Of a stretch of 64,000 nucleotides of DNA, positions 37,301-52,947 are shown piece after piece. The notes beneath the pieces were generated by a model. The model made no database searches. It saw only the letters and a program-made list of their open reading frames with translations, and was not told the origin of the DNA. Source of the stretch: Hormiphora californensis (taxonomy: Eukaryota > Animalia > Ctenophora). Positions within the stretch are counted from its first letter, which is position 1. Each line of letters opens with the position of its first letter. The position numbers and the translations under genes are program-made. The stretch spans positions 8,246,001 to 8,310,000 of the forward strand of contig CM035354.1 of assembly GCA_020137815.1 (NCBI GenBank), given 5' to 3'.

Positions 37301-38374
37301 TACGGTTCAGTGCAGGCCACAGACCGAATAATGAAAGAGCTGAAACTCATCTATAAATCTGCCAGTTACAAGACAGGGGTCTACTCAGTCAATGTAACTG
37401 ATGACAGTCTTTACAAGTGGGATGTATACCTCAAAAAGTATGTGTAGGAGGAAGGAATTGTGGCTGTTTAGTATGCATGCTTATCCGAGCGAAGTGGGTA
37501 TGAAACAATTACCACCAATCTTTTTTCAGAGTCGACCCAGATAGTCCTTTGATGGGTGACATAGCTAAACTCCCCGCCGAATCCCAACATATCCACCTTG
37601 GTATTATATTCGCTGACGATTTCCCTTTCGCTCCCCCTTTTGTCAGAGTCATTCGGCCTTTGATTACAGGTATGTTATAGAAAGGGGACAGGAAGAGGGA
37701 GGGAGACAATTGTGTGGTGATTTTACCATTTTAGGTAAACTTAGTATTTGTGCACATTTCCACCGGATGGACTACAATTTAAACTCACTGTCAGAACTCT
37801 CTTATCCCTCTATCACACTATCCTCTACATCTCTAACATCTTGATTAGAGATCTGAGCAAGGACATCTTGGTCTTATTCTTTCAATGGTTTGATTTCCTC
37901 AGCTCAACGAGATCCTATTTCACATTTTTCAGGTGGCTATGTGCTGTCCGGTGGTGCGATCTGTATGGAGGTTCTCACTAAGCAAGGCTGGTCCAGTGCT
38001 TACTCCATCGAATCATTAATACTTCAGATTTCAGCAACCCTTGTCAAAGGGAAAGCACGCATTAAAACCGCTCAGGTAACTTGAAACAATTCCCTGATTT
38101 TACAATTAGTGACTGTTAAAGTGATGATGAAATGAATCACTTCATTTACTACCTTTATCTCTATCTCTCCCCTTTAGAACCACCAACCGTACACATTTGA
38201 GTTGGCCCTTCATACCTTTAAAGCTCTATCAGAAAACCACCAGCAAAATGGTAAATATATCCATCAATAATTTCTACAACTTCGTACAACATTGTTTTTC
38301 TATTTCCCCAGTACTGATGGTAACATCCTCCTCTCCTTTCAGGATGGGTAACGCCACCACAAGCAGAGGGATAA
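34371..38374 (+). CDS. UBE2Q: Ubiquitin-conjugating enzyme E2 Q family (RWD + UBC), multi-exon
   Basis: Exons encode MQSLRNEI.., SVTCNVY|[31 protein letters not shown]...[38 protein letters not shown], and the terminal [10 protein letters not shown]-stop. Confidence 0.92.
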
Positions 38375-38817
38375 GACTCACCCCTTCAAGACCATTGGTT
38401 TCAGAGACAATTGATTCACAATCAGAGAGACTCTTAGCATAGATATCAGACCATTTCAAAAAGCTCTGCTCAATTTACTATCGGGGGGGGGGGGGGTTTG
38501 AATTGAGGCCCTAAATATCGGGGGTTTGAATGGAGGCCCTAAATATCGGAAGATCAAACAACATCCTATCCGGGTAGAGAGAGAGAAATGGACATTTTTA
38601 ATCATTAATGTTGTACAATATGTTAAAAATTATTTTCGTAGTCGAAAAACAGGTAAACTCGTTGATTTGTCAAACATTTGAACTGCAAAATATAAAATTG
38701 AAAAATAGTAAGATTCAATCCTATTAAAGCACTCTAAAAACATGGATAGTAACACTCAATAGTTTTGGCAGCTAATTCTCACACAATACAATGCCGGATT
38801 TCAATATCAATTTGGCA

Positions 38818-40828
<2,011 letters not shown>

Positions 40829-41911
40829 GACATGTTGTGCAATAACAACAACCTAGAGAGGCAGGCAAAACTAGATGGAGCTGGAGTTTTGGAATTTTTT
40901 TATTTAGAACTCTTGGCAGGAACAATTGGTGAGACATTTTTTCCAACATATATTTGAAATCTTGGCAGAAGCTACGCTAAGTCTGCTTGTCGCTATCCTG
41001 TGTAATTATGCACGTCAGACACAATGTGCTTGTTGCATCTTGACATGTTTCTGACAGCGTGGTGCACTGTATTGGCATGGCAACACACTCCCTCCCCCTC
41101 CCTGCCCCCTAATAATTCCAGAGAGGGGCAGCCAGATCTAGAGCATGTCATACTGGAGACAAGCACACATTTATATACTACAATCCAAGCAGTCTGCCAA
41201 GAGTCCTAGCAAGCAGAGCAAGAAAAGGAGGGCTGATGGTGACACAAAGCTAATATACACTTTACACAAGTTACATAGTTCACAGATAAATCATGCTGGG
41301 ATTTAGATAAATATACAACCCTTCTCTCTCGTTTAGATCAATATAACATTTCCTAGTTTTCATCCTTTCCATATATCGATAAAGATAAATACCAGAATAA
41401 AGCTACTGACGGCTACCCAGTTATAGAATTGTAGTAACAAATTCTAACGCGTGTTAGATAGTTAGTTACAATAACGCTCAGAAGATATATCTTGTAGGTA
41501 TCAAGTATCAACTATCGATTCTGCAAAGTTCACATGGACAAATAAAACTAAAATATCCCAAGGAAAATAACACGCCCTTTCAGAAAGCAGCTCCCTCTCT
41601 CACAATATCTAATAAAACTAAATGAACCGCATAACGCACAGAGTAAACAAATATACCGGGAGGGGAGGGGACTGCTACAGGATGTCTTATGACATGCACA
41701 GGAAACATATGATGTAATGAGATACTGAGCACACACAACGCACTGGGTACAACATTACAGAGCACACTGTGTGGGTACTGCAGAGCACCACGAAGTGACC
41801 TCCCACGCTCTCACACTACTATTTGTACTGTCCGGCTGGTAGTAAAATAACCCAATTACCCCCTCCTCCTCCGGCCTCCCTCTATTGCAGCGTGACCTTG
41901 TTCTCTCTCTT

Positions 41912-44270
41912 TTATCTCCAGCGTGATCCAAGTCCTCGGCTCTCTAATCGTGCTATCATTTCCGCCTCTCGACTCATTCGATCAAAGCTCTTGTCTGCTT
42001 TGAGGGAGAGACAAGATCGGCGTGAGGAGTCCCTTCCCTTCCTGGCCAATCTCTCCCTCTCACGGCACAGATACTCCGCCTTGCGGTCCTGGAGAGATAG
42101 ATATTAGATAGAGGGGGAGATAGAGATATTAGATAGAGAGAGAGAGATATAGGGAATAGTTAGACAGTGGTAGACTGAAAGGCCCATTGAGCAGCTGGCA
42201 GATTAGCTAGGCTAAAGTTTAGTGTTGGGTTGCGATATGACTAAGGACCTGTTTAGCCTGGCTGCAGTTGATGCTGTATAGGATATTTCAAGGGTTTCTC
42301 CAGTGGAATTCATATTTGTCATGATAACATACCGATAAAGGGCTAGAGAAGTATCACGAAGAGAACTTTCAACTTATACCAAACAGTGAAGTGCTAATTA
42401 CATTAATTCTGTACAAATTAGATTTCAAAACATACCTTGCTGATAATATTATCCAAGTTCCTCAAAAGATCAGATTCTTTGTTTGCCATGACCTTCCTCA
42501 TGTTCATGTTGTGTTGCCTCTCCTTTTCCAGCCTCATTGTCCGAGTCCGAGCACTCTTATCTCTAACATGTCTCCTCGCCTTCACATCAGCCCTAGCCAG
42601 TGCCCGAGATTGTCTCCTCCTTATCAACTCTTCCCATTTCTCTCTGTCCTCCTGAGAGAGAGTTGTGGAGTTACCATGGTAACATTGCAGTTAGTATCGG
42701 TTGATATTTGATACACCCTGCTGCAGTGCAGTGCAGCTGGTCTGGTGGTATGACGCACTTGTATGATATTGTGTGAGAGGGGGATTAGAGAAAATGAAAT
42801 TATATAATAAGTGTTAGAAGGAGATAACAAGATGTGATAATAACCTGGATTAATCTTGAAGATCGTTCTGCTTTGAACTGTTTGAATATCAGCCTTCAGT
42901 TCATTAATGTGTGCCTGTGTCTCCGTAAGTAGATGAGCTCTACTGGCTGTTTCCATGTTCTTCAGCTGTTTAATAGCGTTCTCTCTAGCTTTCGCGTCAA
43001 TCCTCTTCGCCTAATATTGAATTACAGCGATCAAAGTCTAGAAATTAAACAGATTCAGATGATGGATATTAAAGTTATCCAAAGCTTGGAAGAATCCTAT
43101 CAACTCCGAACCTACATGAGTGAGACTATTTTTGCTGCTCCGTGTCCTGGTAGCAGCATCTTTGGACTGTTTTCTTAGCTTCATTGCCTCTATCTTAGGA
43201 CTGGGTCCTCTTCAATTCAAACTCCCTCTCCTGCTCCAGCCGAAGTGTCTGAAGAAGGGTTCAATATCACACAATAGAAGACGTGTAGGTGTAGTGCCAT
43301 AACACCATATATGGTTTAATTAGTGGGAACTAGGAATGTGTGAATAGCTACCTTGAGTTGACGCTCCAAAGAAGTTACATTAGGCTGTCAACTCCAAATG
43401 TGCCTGATGGAGTCTATCATAACTACTCCTCAGGTCACTCCCACTATCCTGATCTTCTTGGTGTAAGTTCCGGGGGAGAGATCTGCACCGTGGTAACATC
43501 TTCTTTTCTTGACCAATAACCGAGATATCCTCAGTTGAAACAGCACGTTTCACAGGTGTTGAAGTAACGTGCCGTGTTCCACCAGCAGGGAGTCAGGGCA
43601 CCTCAGAGACTCCTGCCAACTCCGTGTTGAAATGGGGCTACTATCTCGGTCATACAGGGTGTTCCTGATTGGCAGCTCAGCTCTCTTAGTCGACGCATCC
43701 CAGGCTACTTTCTTAGGACTCTGACTGCGCTTTCTCGGGCTCGGTGATTTTGTGGCTTTTCTAGTTCGTGAGAATTCGGCCGTTGTGTTTAGATGTTCGG
43801 GTATTTTAGCCGCCTCTAACTCGGCGTCTAAATAGATTATCCGTTGTCTCTCTTCTCGTGCCTGGCTTAAGTTTTGACAATCGGACTCTCTTCCTGAAAA
43901 CGTTAAAGATAAAGCAACTCTAATAAACTCCTAGCTTCCAATTATATGTTAACACCATCTAGATCTACCTGTAAGTGGAATTCCTCCAGTATGTCGGTGC
44001 GTGACAGATAATCCTTGTCCTTGTACTGGTCATAGAATTCTTCCACTGGTGTGCGGAGTAACTCTACTGGACTGAAGAATGGGTTACATTATATCAGAAA
44101 CAAAATGTTTAATAGTGTCTACATAATGAGTGTTTTAAAGCTGTGTTTTACCGTATGTGGCAGTTTTCGCATGCTCGGAGGGATCGTGGGCTGGTCAGAA
44201 CGTATCTTGTTTCTGATTCTGATAGTTCAAAGTTATCTAAAGTGAGGTTGGGTATCCCTACTTCATTCAT
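41912..44270 (-). CDS. CCDC177-like coiled-coil protein, multi-exon; start approximate
   Basis: N-terminal LDNFE...RYVLTSPRSLRACENCHIRPVELL and C-terminal KSFDRMSREAEM resemble my recollection of CCDC177 (RYVLTSPRSLEAC...KPVELL; RSFDRMVREAQL). Confidence 0.75.
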
Positions 44271-45453
44271 TAGCTAAACAAAAGTAAGGAAACATTACTA
44301 CAAGTTCGTCTGAGGCGTCCTACCTTGTAGGAGCTGCTTATCCCACTCGTTAGGGGCCTAACTCAGGGGCGGCTCTGCCATGTGGACGATGCCCTGCACG
44401 CCTAGCCCAAGAAATATAATTTCATGTTCATCAGAGCCCCTCTAAAGCACCCTCCCTCCGAAGTTTAGATCGTTTTTAAGCCTTTCTGACCACCTGAGCG
44501 TTATAACAAAGTACAAACCACCGTTTTGGCGAATTCAGAGTATATCTGATAGAAAAACCCAAACCCTAACCCCGAACCCAGCTCTAAACCCAACCCTGCT
44601 TCAGCCCTAACCCTGATTTTCAATCAAATCAAGCCGTAAACCTCAAAACCGCGAGTGTACTGGCAAACGCTGCGCGGAAAACTGTCGCATTTTGAATTGA
44701 TGGGGAAATTCGCGCGCACGAATCCATATAATAAATTCCAAAATGTTAGTCCGATAATTGTTTTCTCCCTACTCCTCCTACAGTTTTTGAGCTAGACCCC
44801 TGAAAATTTGTACACTGGTACTTTGGACCAAGGCGGGTGTAAGTACGGGCTCAGATTTTTGATCCGATCTTTACAACAGTGACGTCACGGGGTGACGTCA
44901 TTGCGCCAAAAATACTTACATTTTTCAAACGCTTCTAAGACCCTGAAAACGGCTCTAAATCAAAAAACTAACGCAATAGTGGGGAAAGAGAATCGTTTGA
45001 ACTTCATTTTACATGATAGCGATTTCCCGTAACTCAATGTTTAAGGGTCGTAAATCGCGTCGGGAAAGTTAAAAATGCCAAAAATACGATATTTTTCACC
45101 GTAGCCACCCAAAATCTTATCCAATCGATATGAAACTTGGTCGTTATGTGAACTTTAATGTCCTTTGGCCAGGGGTTCCCGGAAAACGGATTGGCAAGAT
45201 GAGAACTGACCGGAGTTCTTATAATTCTAAATTCACGAATTTGGAATTTTTCGTCGACTTTTTTTGGCGACATAAAACGCGAGGAAATTTTCAATGAATT
45301 TTAAAATTTTACACTGCGCGCGTAATTCTAGGTTCCGCGCGCGGCGTAAAAAAGCAGCGCTTTTTTGGAAAAATTCGCGCGTTACAGTAAATGATTTACC
45401 AATTACCATTTACCAGGTCACGGGTTCCCAGCAAACGGGTACTCTAGTAAAGT

Positions 45454-45850
45454 TAAAGTCCGTTTCAAGCGACTTGACCCGTAATTCTTGGAATTTGGCG
45501 CATTGCGCGTGTATTTACAAAGGGGAAATCCTGAATTTCCAGAAATCTCAGGTCAAGTCGTTTGAAACGCACTTTAAAGTCCGTTTCAAGCGACTTGACC
45601 CGTAATTCTTGGAATTTGGCGCATTGCGCGTGTAAAGTCGGATTTTTTGAAGTTGTCACCCCCAAATGACCGCGCATGTGAAATTTATCAATTTTGACGC
45701 GCACACCACACGTTAACATGTGATGTGACGCGCAAAAACATTCCGCGCACGAGAAGGGGGGTGACAACTTCAAAAAATCCGACTTTATTTACAAAGGGGA
45801 AATCCTGAATTTCCAGGAATCTCAGGTCAAGTCGTTTGAAACGCACTTTA
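45454..45850. mobile_element. Tandem pair of ~120-bp hairpin MITEs; the second is interrupted by a MITE at ~45635-45785
   Basis: The unit TAAAGTCCGTTTCAAGCGACTTGACC...GGTCAAGTCGTTTGAAACGCACTTTA occurs twice. The insert has TIR AAGTCGGATTTTTTGAAGTTGTCACCCCC and a TA TSD. Confidence 0.8.
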
Positions 45851-46334
45851 AATATGCGTTGCAATAAACGTAACGCGCGTTTTTTTTCTGTTTTTAAACG
45901 CTGCCAAAAACTCACTTTCTTAAGCCGCGCGCTGAAGATTTTGTCCTCCAGTTCGTGATTTTTCGCCCAAATTTTCATTTTTTGACCAAAATCGCCATTT
46001 TCTCTCTTCTATCGCCATTGAAAAGCGGAACCTTATCCCAATAGGGTCAGTATCATTTGCCAACTCTCGCTACGAAAGGTATGCTGTGTGTCCTGGACAG
46101 CTAGGCACGCTGGACACTTGACATCTGACATCTGGGCCGTCCGGTGTTTTCTGTCTCCTTTTGTTTTTGTGGTTTTGTAAAATCGTATGAGATTGAGTTT
46201 GCAATTTATTACCAAACGTCTTCATGCTAATAAACAAAAACATAAATAATAATAATAAACAATCAATAAAAAGAAACACAGTATACACAAATAGAATACA
46301 CGAAATACACAGTATGTTCTCGCTATGTTCATTA

Positions 46335-47439
46335 TTATTGGCCCGATTCAGACATGAACTGCTTTATTTTAGAGCACGGGCTGAGTGCATGTGATCTGAA
46401 GACTGGCATCAAGATTGTGTAAATCAATGGGTTGACCATAGAGTTCAGAGAAACGCAGTAGACCTCCTGGAAATTGTTGAAGTAATCCAACTGATCGAAA
46501 GCAAAGATCTCCTCATTGACGATTGTGTCTAGAATTACATAGACAAGAGGTGGGATGTTGAAAATGATGTAGACCAGTGTCACCACAATCACTGTTAGGG
46601 TGACCCTCTTCTTTTGTGCGACACCCGTTGCTTGGCCAAGTCCAGTAGGGGTGTTGTGCATGGATTTCACCAGGGCGTACACAGACAGGATACAGCTCAC
46701 TAAGATAGGGAACACTGGCACTATCATGGGTATCGTTACCAGGGAGACGTGGACAGCTAGATGGACAGTTGGGGAGGAGGTGTTACTCAGAACATCCCCA
46801 ACTATGTAGATACACCGCACGTTGAAGGGGTCGAAGTAGTACTGGGAGCCAACCTGAGGGAGGGAGAGATATTGTTGTGAATTAAAGATTTCACAAGTTT
46901 TGATTTCGATTGACTTCAAACTTGACTCAAAATTATAATTTGAATAACAATATTCTCACCAAAAAAGGGAGGCATCCCTGTCCAAACTGTATAACAAAGT
47001 AGGTTCCCACAGCGATATACACCAGCCTATCATTGATTATCTTGAAGGGCCACAGCAGAAACATGGTCCTGGTTATACTGAGGACCATCATGAGGAACAC
47101 AGTCATCCTGGCACACACGTTCCACAACACGCCATGCAGGTTACAGAATATAGAATTGTCAAACAACATGCCAGTCCGGTAGTTGAGGTTTGCACTTGCG
47201 ATAGGGAACATCATCAGACAGGTCAGGAGGTCCACTACCGAGATGAGCAGGTAGAGAACCTTGATCAGATCCTTCTTACTTCTAACAAAGAATGTCAGGG
47301 TCATGCTGTTACCAATGGTTCCTAGGATCCCAATCACCATACCCAGACCTCCATTAGTCTGGTCAAGGGCCCTGATCAGATGGTAGGGCATGGAGTTCTG
47401 GATGGGACTACTTGCTATTGGGTTGGTTGAGTTATCCAT
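46335..47439 (-). CDS. Rhodopsin-class (class A) GPCR, orphan, two coding exons (~47439-46960, ~46854-46335)
   Basis: TM1 GN, TM2 LISVVDL, TM3 Cys with SITR in place of DRY, TM6 FNIP, TM7 NSMVNPLIY. Confidence 0.9.
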
Positions 47440-47467
47440 TCTGTAGCTGCTAAAGGAAGGGAGAGGG

Positions 47468-48660
47468 GTTAGGAATACATTATTGAGAAAGGGGAGGGGT
47501 GTTAGGAATACATTATTGAGAAAGGGGAGGGGTGTTAGGAATACATTATTGAGAAAGGGGAGGGGTGTTAGGAATACATTATTGAGAAAGGGGAGGGGTG
47601 TTAGGAATACATTATTGAGAAAGGGGAGGGGTGTTAGGAATACATTATTGAGAAAGGGGAGGGGTGTTAGGAATACATTATTGAGAAAGGGGGAGGGGTG
47701 TTAGGAATACATTATTATTTATTGAGAAAGGGGAGGGGTGTTAGGAATACATTATTGAGAAAGGGGAGGGGTGTTAGGAATACATTATTGAGAAAGGGGA
47801 GGGGTGTTAGGAATACATTATTGAGAAAGGGGAGGGGTGTTAGGAATACATTATTGAGAAAGGGGAGGGGTGTTAGCAATACATTATTGAGAAAGGGGAG
47901 GGGTGTTAGCAATACATTATTGAGAAAGGGGAGGGGTGTTAGGAATACATTATTGAGAAAGGGGAGGGGTGTTAGCAATACATTATTGAGAAAGGGGAGG
48001 GGTGTTAGGGATACATTATTGAGAAAGGGCAGGGGTGTTAGCAATACATTATTGAGAAAGGGGGAGGGGTGTTAGGAATACATTATTGAGAAAGGGGGAG
48101 GGGTGTTAGGAATACATTATCGAGAAAGGGGAGGGGTGTTAGCAATACATTATTGAGAAAGGGGAGGGGTGTTAGGAATACATTATTGAGAAAGGGGAGG
48201 GGTGTTAGCAATACATTATTGAGAAAGGGGGAGGGGTGTTAGGAATACATTATTGAGAAAGGGGGAGGGGTGTTAGGAATACATTATTGAGAAAGGGGAG
48301 GGGTGTTAGGAATACATTATTGAGAAAGGGGAGGGTGTTAGGAATACATTATCGAGAAAGGGGAGGGGTGTTAGGAATACATTATTGAGAAAGGGGAGGG
48401 GTGTTAGGAATACATTATTGAGAAAGGGGAGGGGTGTTAGCAATACATTATTGAGAAAGGGGAGAGGGGTGTTAGCAATACCTACATTATTGAGAAAGGG
48501 GAGGGGTGTTAGGAATACATTATTGAGAAAGGGGGAGGGGTGTTAGCAATACATTATTGAGAAAGGGGAGGGGTGTTAGCAATACATTATTGAGAAAGGG
48601 GAGGGGTGTTAGTAATACATTATTGAGAAAGGGGGAGGGGTGTTAGCAATTATACATTAT
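47468..48660. repeat. 33-bp minisatellite, roughly 36 copies
   Basis: Unit ATTGAGAAAGGGGAGGGGTGTTAG(G/C)AATACATT. Confidence 0.97.
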
Positions 48661-49293
48661 GTAACAGCTGTTTTGTTCTATAAGGATTGTCTGAATATCA
48701 GCAGCTCTCACAATATATTCACAATAATCACACACACATTTTATGTATTTTATGTTGTGTATACCGATCACATCGGGCCTGTGTTTGAATTGTTCTCAGA
48801 AGTGGTACTACCGCTACCCTAACACCATGGATCTCACCCTGTGAACACGCCTTCCCTGGAACTCTCCTCATACATATTACAGTTCCTAGTAATATTTGAT
48901 TATTTGTTTTGGCCAGCAATATTCCGTGTTTGTCTCACTTTTCCCTCAACTTGCCACTGCCTCAACTTAACTCTTACACACAACTCTTTAGGTATGTAGG
49001 TCACTGCCTACATATATCCCTGGGTAGAAGGCTATTGTTTGTTGCCATGGGTAGCTGGGCGCCAGGCATTCCTTTTTGTTCTTCTTTACTCTGCCCTATT
49101 ATTTTCTGACTCAAGTGCAGGCTTTGTGTGTGTGCTGTGTGTATCATATTTCTCAGCCGCTCTGAGTTACAGATAATTCAATGCCCCCCCTGCTGCTAAG
49201 ATAAATAACCCCTCAGATTGAATTTCTCCACATTTTCTAACACCCAACACCATCTAACACCCAACTTACTAACTCCCAACACCATCTCGCAGG

Positions 49294-50577
49294 ATGGAGT
49301 TCCTGGTTGCTCCCATAGCAGACTACCTCCAAGCAGCTCCTGAAGGTATCAGACTGGTTCTGGGTCTGGTAGCTTGTCAGCTCCTCTCCCTTCTCTCCAG
49401 AACACCACTGTTTGCCAGTGGTAGGTCCTCAAAGTACCTCTTATCGGGACTACTGGTGGGGTATATGGTTTATGGGGTATCATGTTTATACCATGCCTTA
49501 TCAGCCCTCACATGCTACATTCTCTTCTCTCTCCTCCCAGTAGGAGGGGCCGCCACACTGAACTCTATCTTCCAAATATGCTACCTGGCAGTGGGGTACT
49601 ACTTCAATAACATGACAGAGGATTATGCTATCAATTGGACGACCTCCCAGTCTCTCCTGACCCTCAAACTAACAGGGCTTGGGTTTGATTTGTGGGATGG
49701 GAAGGATGTGAAACACCTGCCCTCCCTGAAAGAGCTTCTAGGATACACATTCTTCCCCGGAACCTACCTAGTCGGGCCACTAGACGACTACCCCCGTCAC
49801 AAACAATACATGGAAGTGGGAGGTGAGCAACCCCCTCTATCTCTGGGCATCAAGCGGTGTTGTCATGGTATTGGGTACCTGCTATGTTTCCTAGTCTCAA
49901 CTTCTCTATTCCCAACCTCCTACCTATTCACCCCTGAGTTCAGGGCCATCTCCCTACCCCTCCGTGTTGGGTTTATAACAGTGTGGGGCCACTGTGCTCT
50001 CTACAAGTATCTAGGTGTGTGGTGTATCGCTGAGTCATCCTGTATGCACATGGGCTATACGGGCAGTGGAGAGGGCAAGTGGGAGGGGCTCAGGAACGTG
50101 GCTACCACAGCATTCCACTCTGCCATCAAGCTCCAAGATGTTATCGACAGTTGGAATATAAACACTAGCAGGTGGTGTGGGAAGCATATCTACAAGAGAT
50201 GCAAGTTTCTAAATAGTAAATCCCTGTCCCAACTGGTGACTATGTTATACTTGTCACTCTGGCACGGCCTCCATCTGGGGTACCTGACTACTTTTCTACA
50301 GGAGTTTGGTTACATGTTGGTAGAGAGAGGGATGTATAAGAACACAGCCCTGCAACACATCTCTACCTATATACCCCGACCAGTTGGAGTTGCTATCGGC
50401 TGGTTGTACACTAAAGTATTCCTCTCATTTGCCCTAGTAGGGTTTGAGCTCTACCACTACGACACAATAGTGTATGTCTACAATCAGGTCTACTGGGTAT
50501 GCCCCGTCCTGGCCGCCCTTGTGGCAATATGGAATGTAGCTGACGCAGCGGGCAAGAGGAAAAGTAAAGAAATATAA
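49294..50577 (+). CDS. MBOAT lysophospholipid acyltransferase (LPCAT3/MBOAT5-like), single coding exon
   Basis: Multi-pass hydrophobic ORF with INWTTSQSLLTLKL, DLWDG, PSLKELLGY, YLVGP, WNINTSRW and the catalytic LWHG. Confidence 0.9.
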   Translation: MEFLVAPIADYLQAAPEGIRLVLGLVACQLLSLLSRTPLFASGRSSKYLLSGLLVGYMVYGVSCLYHALSALTCYILFSLLPVGGAATLNSIFQICYLAVGYYFNNMTEDYAINWTTSQSLLTLKLTGLGFDLWDGKDVKHLPSLKELLGYTFFPGTYLVGPLDDYPRHKQYMEVGGEQPPLSLGIKRCCHGIGYLLCFLVSTSLFPTSYLFTPEFRAISLPLRVGFITVWGHCALYKYLGVWCIAESSCMHMGYTGSGEGKWEGLRNVATTAFHSAIKLQDVIDSWNINTSRWCGKHIYKRCKFLNSKSLSQLVTMLYLSLWHGLHLGYLTTFLQEFGYMLVERGMYKNTALQHISTYIPRPVGVAIGWLYTKVFLSFALVGFELYHYDTIVYVYNQVYWVCPVLAALVAIWNVADAAGKRKSKEI

Positions 50578-50824
50578 AACTTTGAATGGAAGCTGGACTT
50601 TCTGATTTTAAAAAGGATAGTGGTGGGTACTATCAAACAACAGCCCACACTAACAATGAAGGTGGTAACGAACAATGGATCCCACAAATCTAAGTAGTCG
50701 TGAGAGGGAAATGGAACCGCTATAACAACGGAGAGACTGTTCACTGAGGATTATAATACAAACCCACCTAAGTGGGAAAGAACACAATGATTACAAGTAT
50801 ATGTCGGGGAATCATCCCGCAGAT

Positions 50825-51117
<293 letters not shown>

Positions 51118-52947
51118 ACAGCTTGAGAGTGCCCCCACCACTATGTATATATCGACGTGGCAGTCGTATATTTGTCTAATAATGATATTGCACGAGGGGC
51201 ACCTGTTTATGGCAAACACAGGGGCGAGAAAAGAGATGAGAGAGTGTGTCAAGGGATTTCAGGGAACATTGATGGAGGGGAAACAAATTGTAGAGAAATG
51301 TGGGCGAGAGGGAAGCTGACAGAGAAATTGATTAGTAGATTGTGGCCGAGAGGAAATTGAAAACACAGTAGTGCGAGCTGGTCGGGCTAGAGGGTAGAAT
51401 AGATTGTCCTATTTTGTTCTGTGGACTGATTTATTTCTTAAGTACCACTACCAACGTATGTAGATGTACAGAATAGTTTCAACCAATGTAACAAAACTGA
51501 TTCAAGTGACCGATCTTTATTTTTCTGATTTTAATATTTTTGATAGGGGACCACGAGATGTTATCTTTTTTCCCGTACAGGTACAGGGATAGTTGAAGGA
51601 GAGAGAAAGAGCTAGAGGGAGAGGGAGAACTATCGGAACCCTTTTAACATGTTTAATGCACCTTGTAAAGTAAATAATTCTTTCTTAGTCACGATATAAA
51701 CACCAAGCTTTTATAATCTCGTCTCCACAGTCCACTAAACATGGGTAAAATGATATTACAAACACAACTCCATGTGCCCCAATCATTGCACAATCAAAAG
51801 CAGCTAAAAGGTAAAATCGTATTTTTCAAAATGTGGAAGGGTGGGGTGATAGTAAAGTAATGGAACATGGGGGACGTGAGGGTGCACGTGGCAGTAACGC
51901 GTTATGGGGGGGGGGGGTCATACACCACTGACAACCCCCCGTGTACATGATCACCCACCTCTTAATCATCACCCTCCTCTCTCTCACCATGTTTCTCCCC
52001 TGTCCCTCCCTTTCTTTATCCCTCTTTCTCGCTCTATCCCTCTCTACCCCCCTTTCTTTCTTTATCCCTCTTTTTCTCTATCCCTCTTTTTCTCAAACTA
52101 ATATTCGGCATTACACGTTGCCACCAACGCTATGCACGATTCCAGATTCAATACATAATTATTATTTCATTAATATCTTATCTCCCCAATCGTATCTCAC
52201 AGTTTCATCAACAGATAAAGATACCAGTATTCCTAGTTCCAATGTACATACTTCCTTTACACGCACACTTCTCAGTCATCCATCATGTGTCCTGCAGTTT
52301 ACCTCGCGGCCCTTGACAATGCAACAGCTGGTGTACAGCTTCATACATACACACCCACCCCTGCTGGACCTAGTATGTAACGCGCAGAGACGGCCATGTA
52401 GTGAAACATCAGTATCAGCACTTTAGCAGCACACTCGGGTGGCGTCTCCAAGGGAGAGCGCGCGACAATCATTCTGCGCTGACAAGGCCCCCACCACCAC
52501 CCTTTTATCTGGGCCGGGAGAGGCAGCCTGTTTTTATCAGTGTTTTGTAACAAAGTAACGAATTTCATGTTTTAAAACCTGGTTAATAAAGTAGAAACTT
52601 ACAGGTACTCACTTATAAAACTCAAAAATGCTGAATTAGCAGTCTCTTAGATAAATTATTATACATCAGGATTTGGTATCAAGTAGATGAGATTTAATTT
52701 TCAGTATCCTGAGTAGATTCTCCAACAAATATAAAGGTTATTGTTAGTTCGATAAAAAAGAGGGTCCCCCTTATTAGAAAATGGTTTATTCGGATGTTAA
52801 CTCCGGTATAGTAGAACTCAGGTGAGGAAGGCTTGATTCGAGATTCAGTAGTATCAACTGCCCCTGAAAATATGTTTAGCGTAGTAGTAGGGAATAGGAA
52901 ATCAAATCGTTCTATGGAATTATTGAGTAATTGACCCGCCTGTAAAC

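Noticed and set aside
47483-48075. RKGRGVRNTLL repeat protein, or a CRISPR-like array
   Set aside because: A 33-bp tandem unit stays open by chance, and there are no unique spacers and no cas genes.
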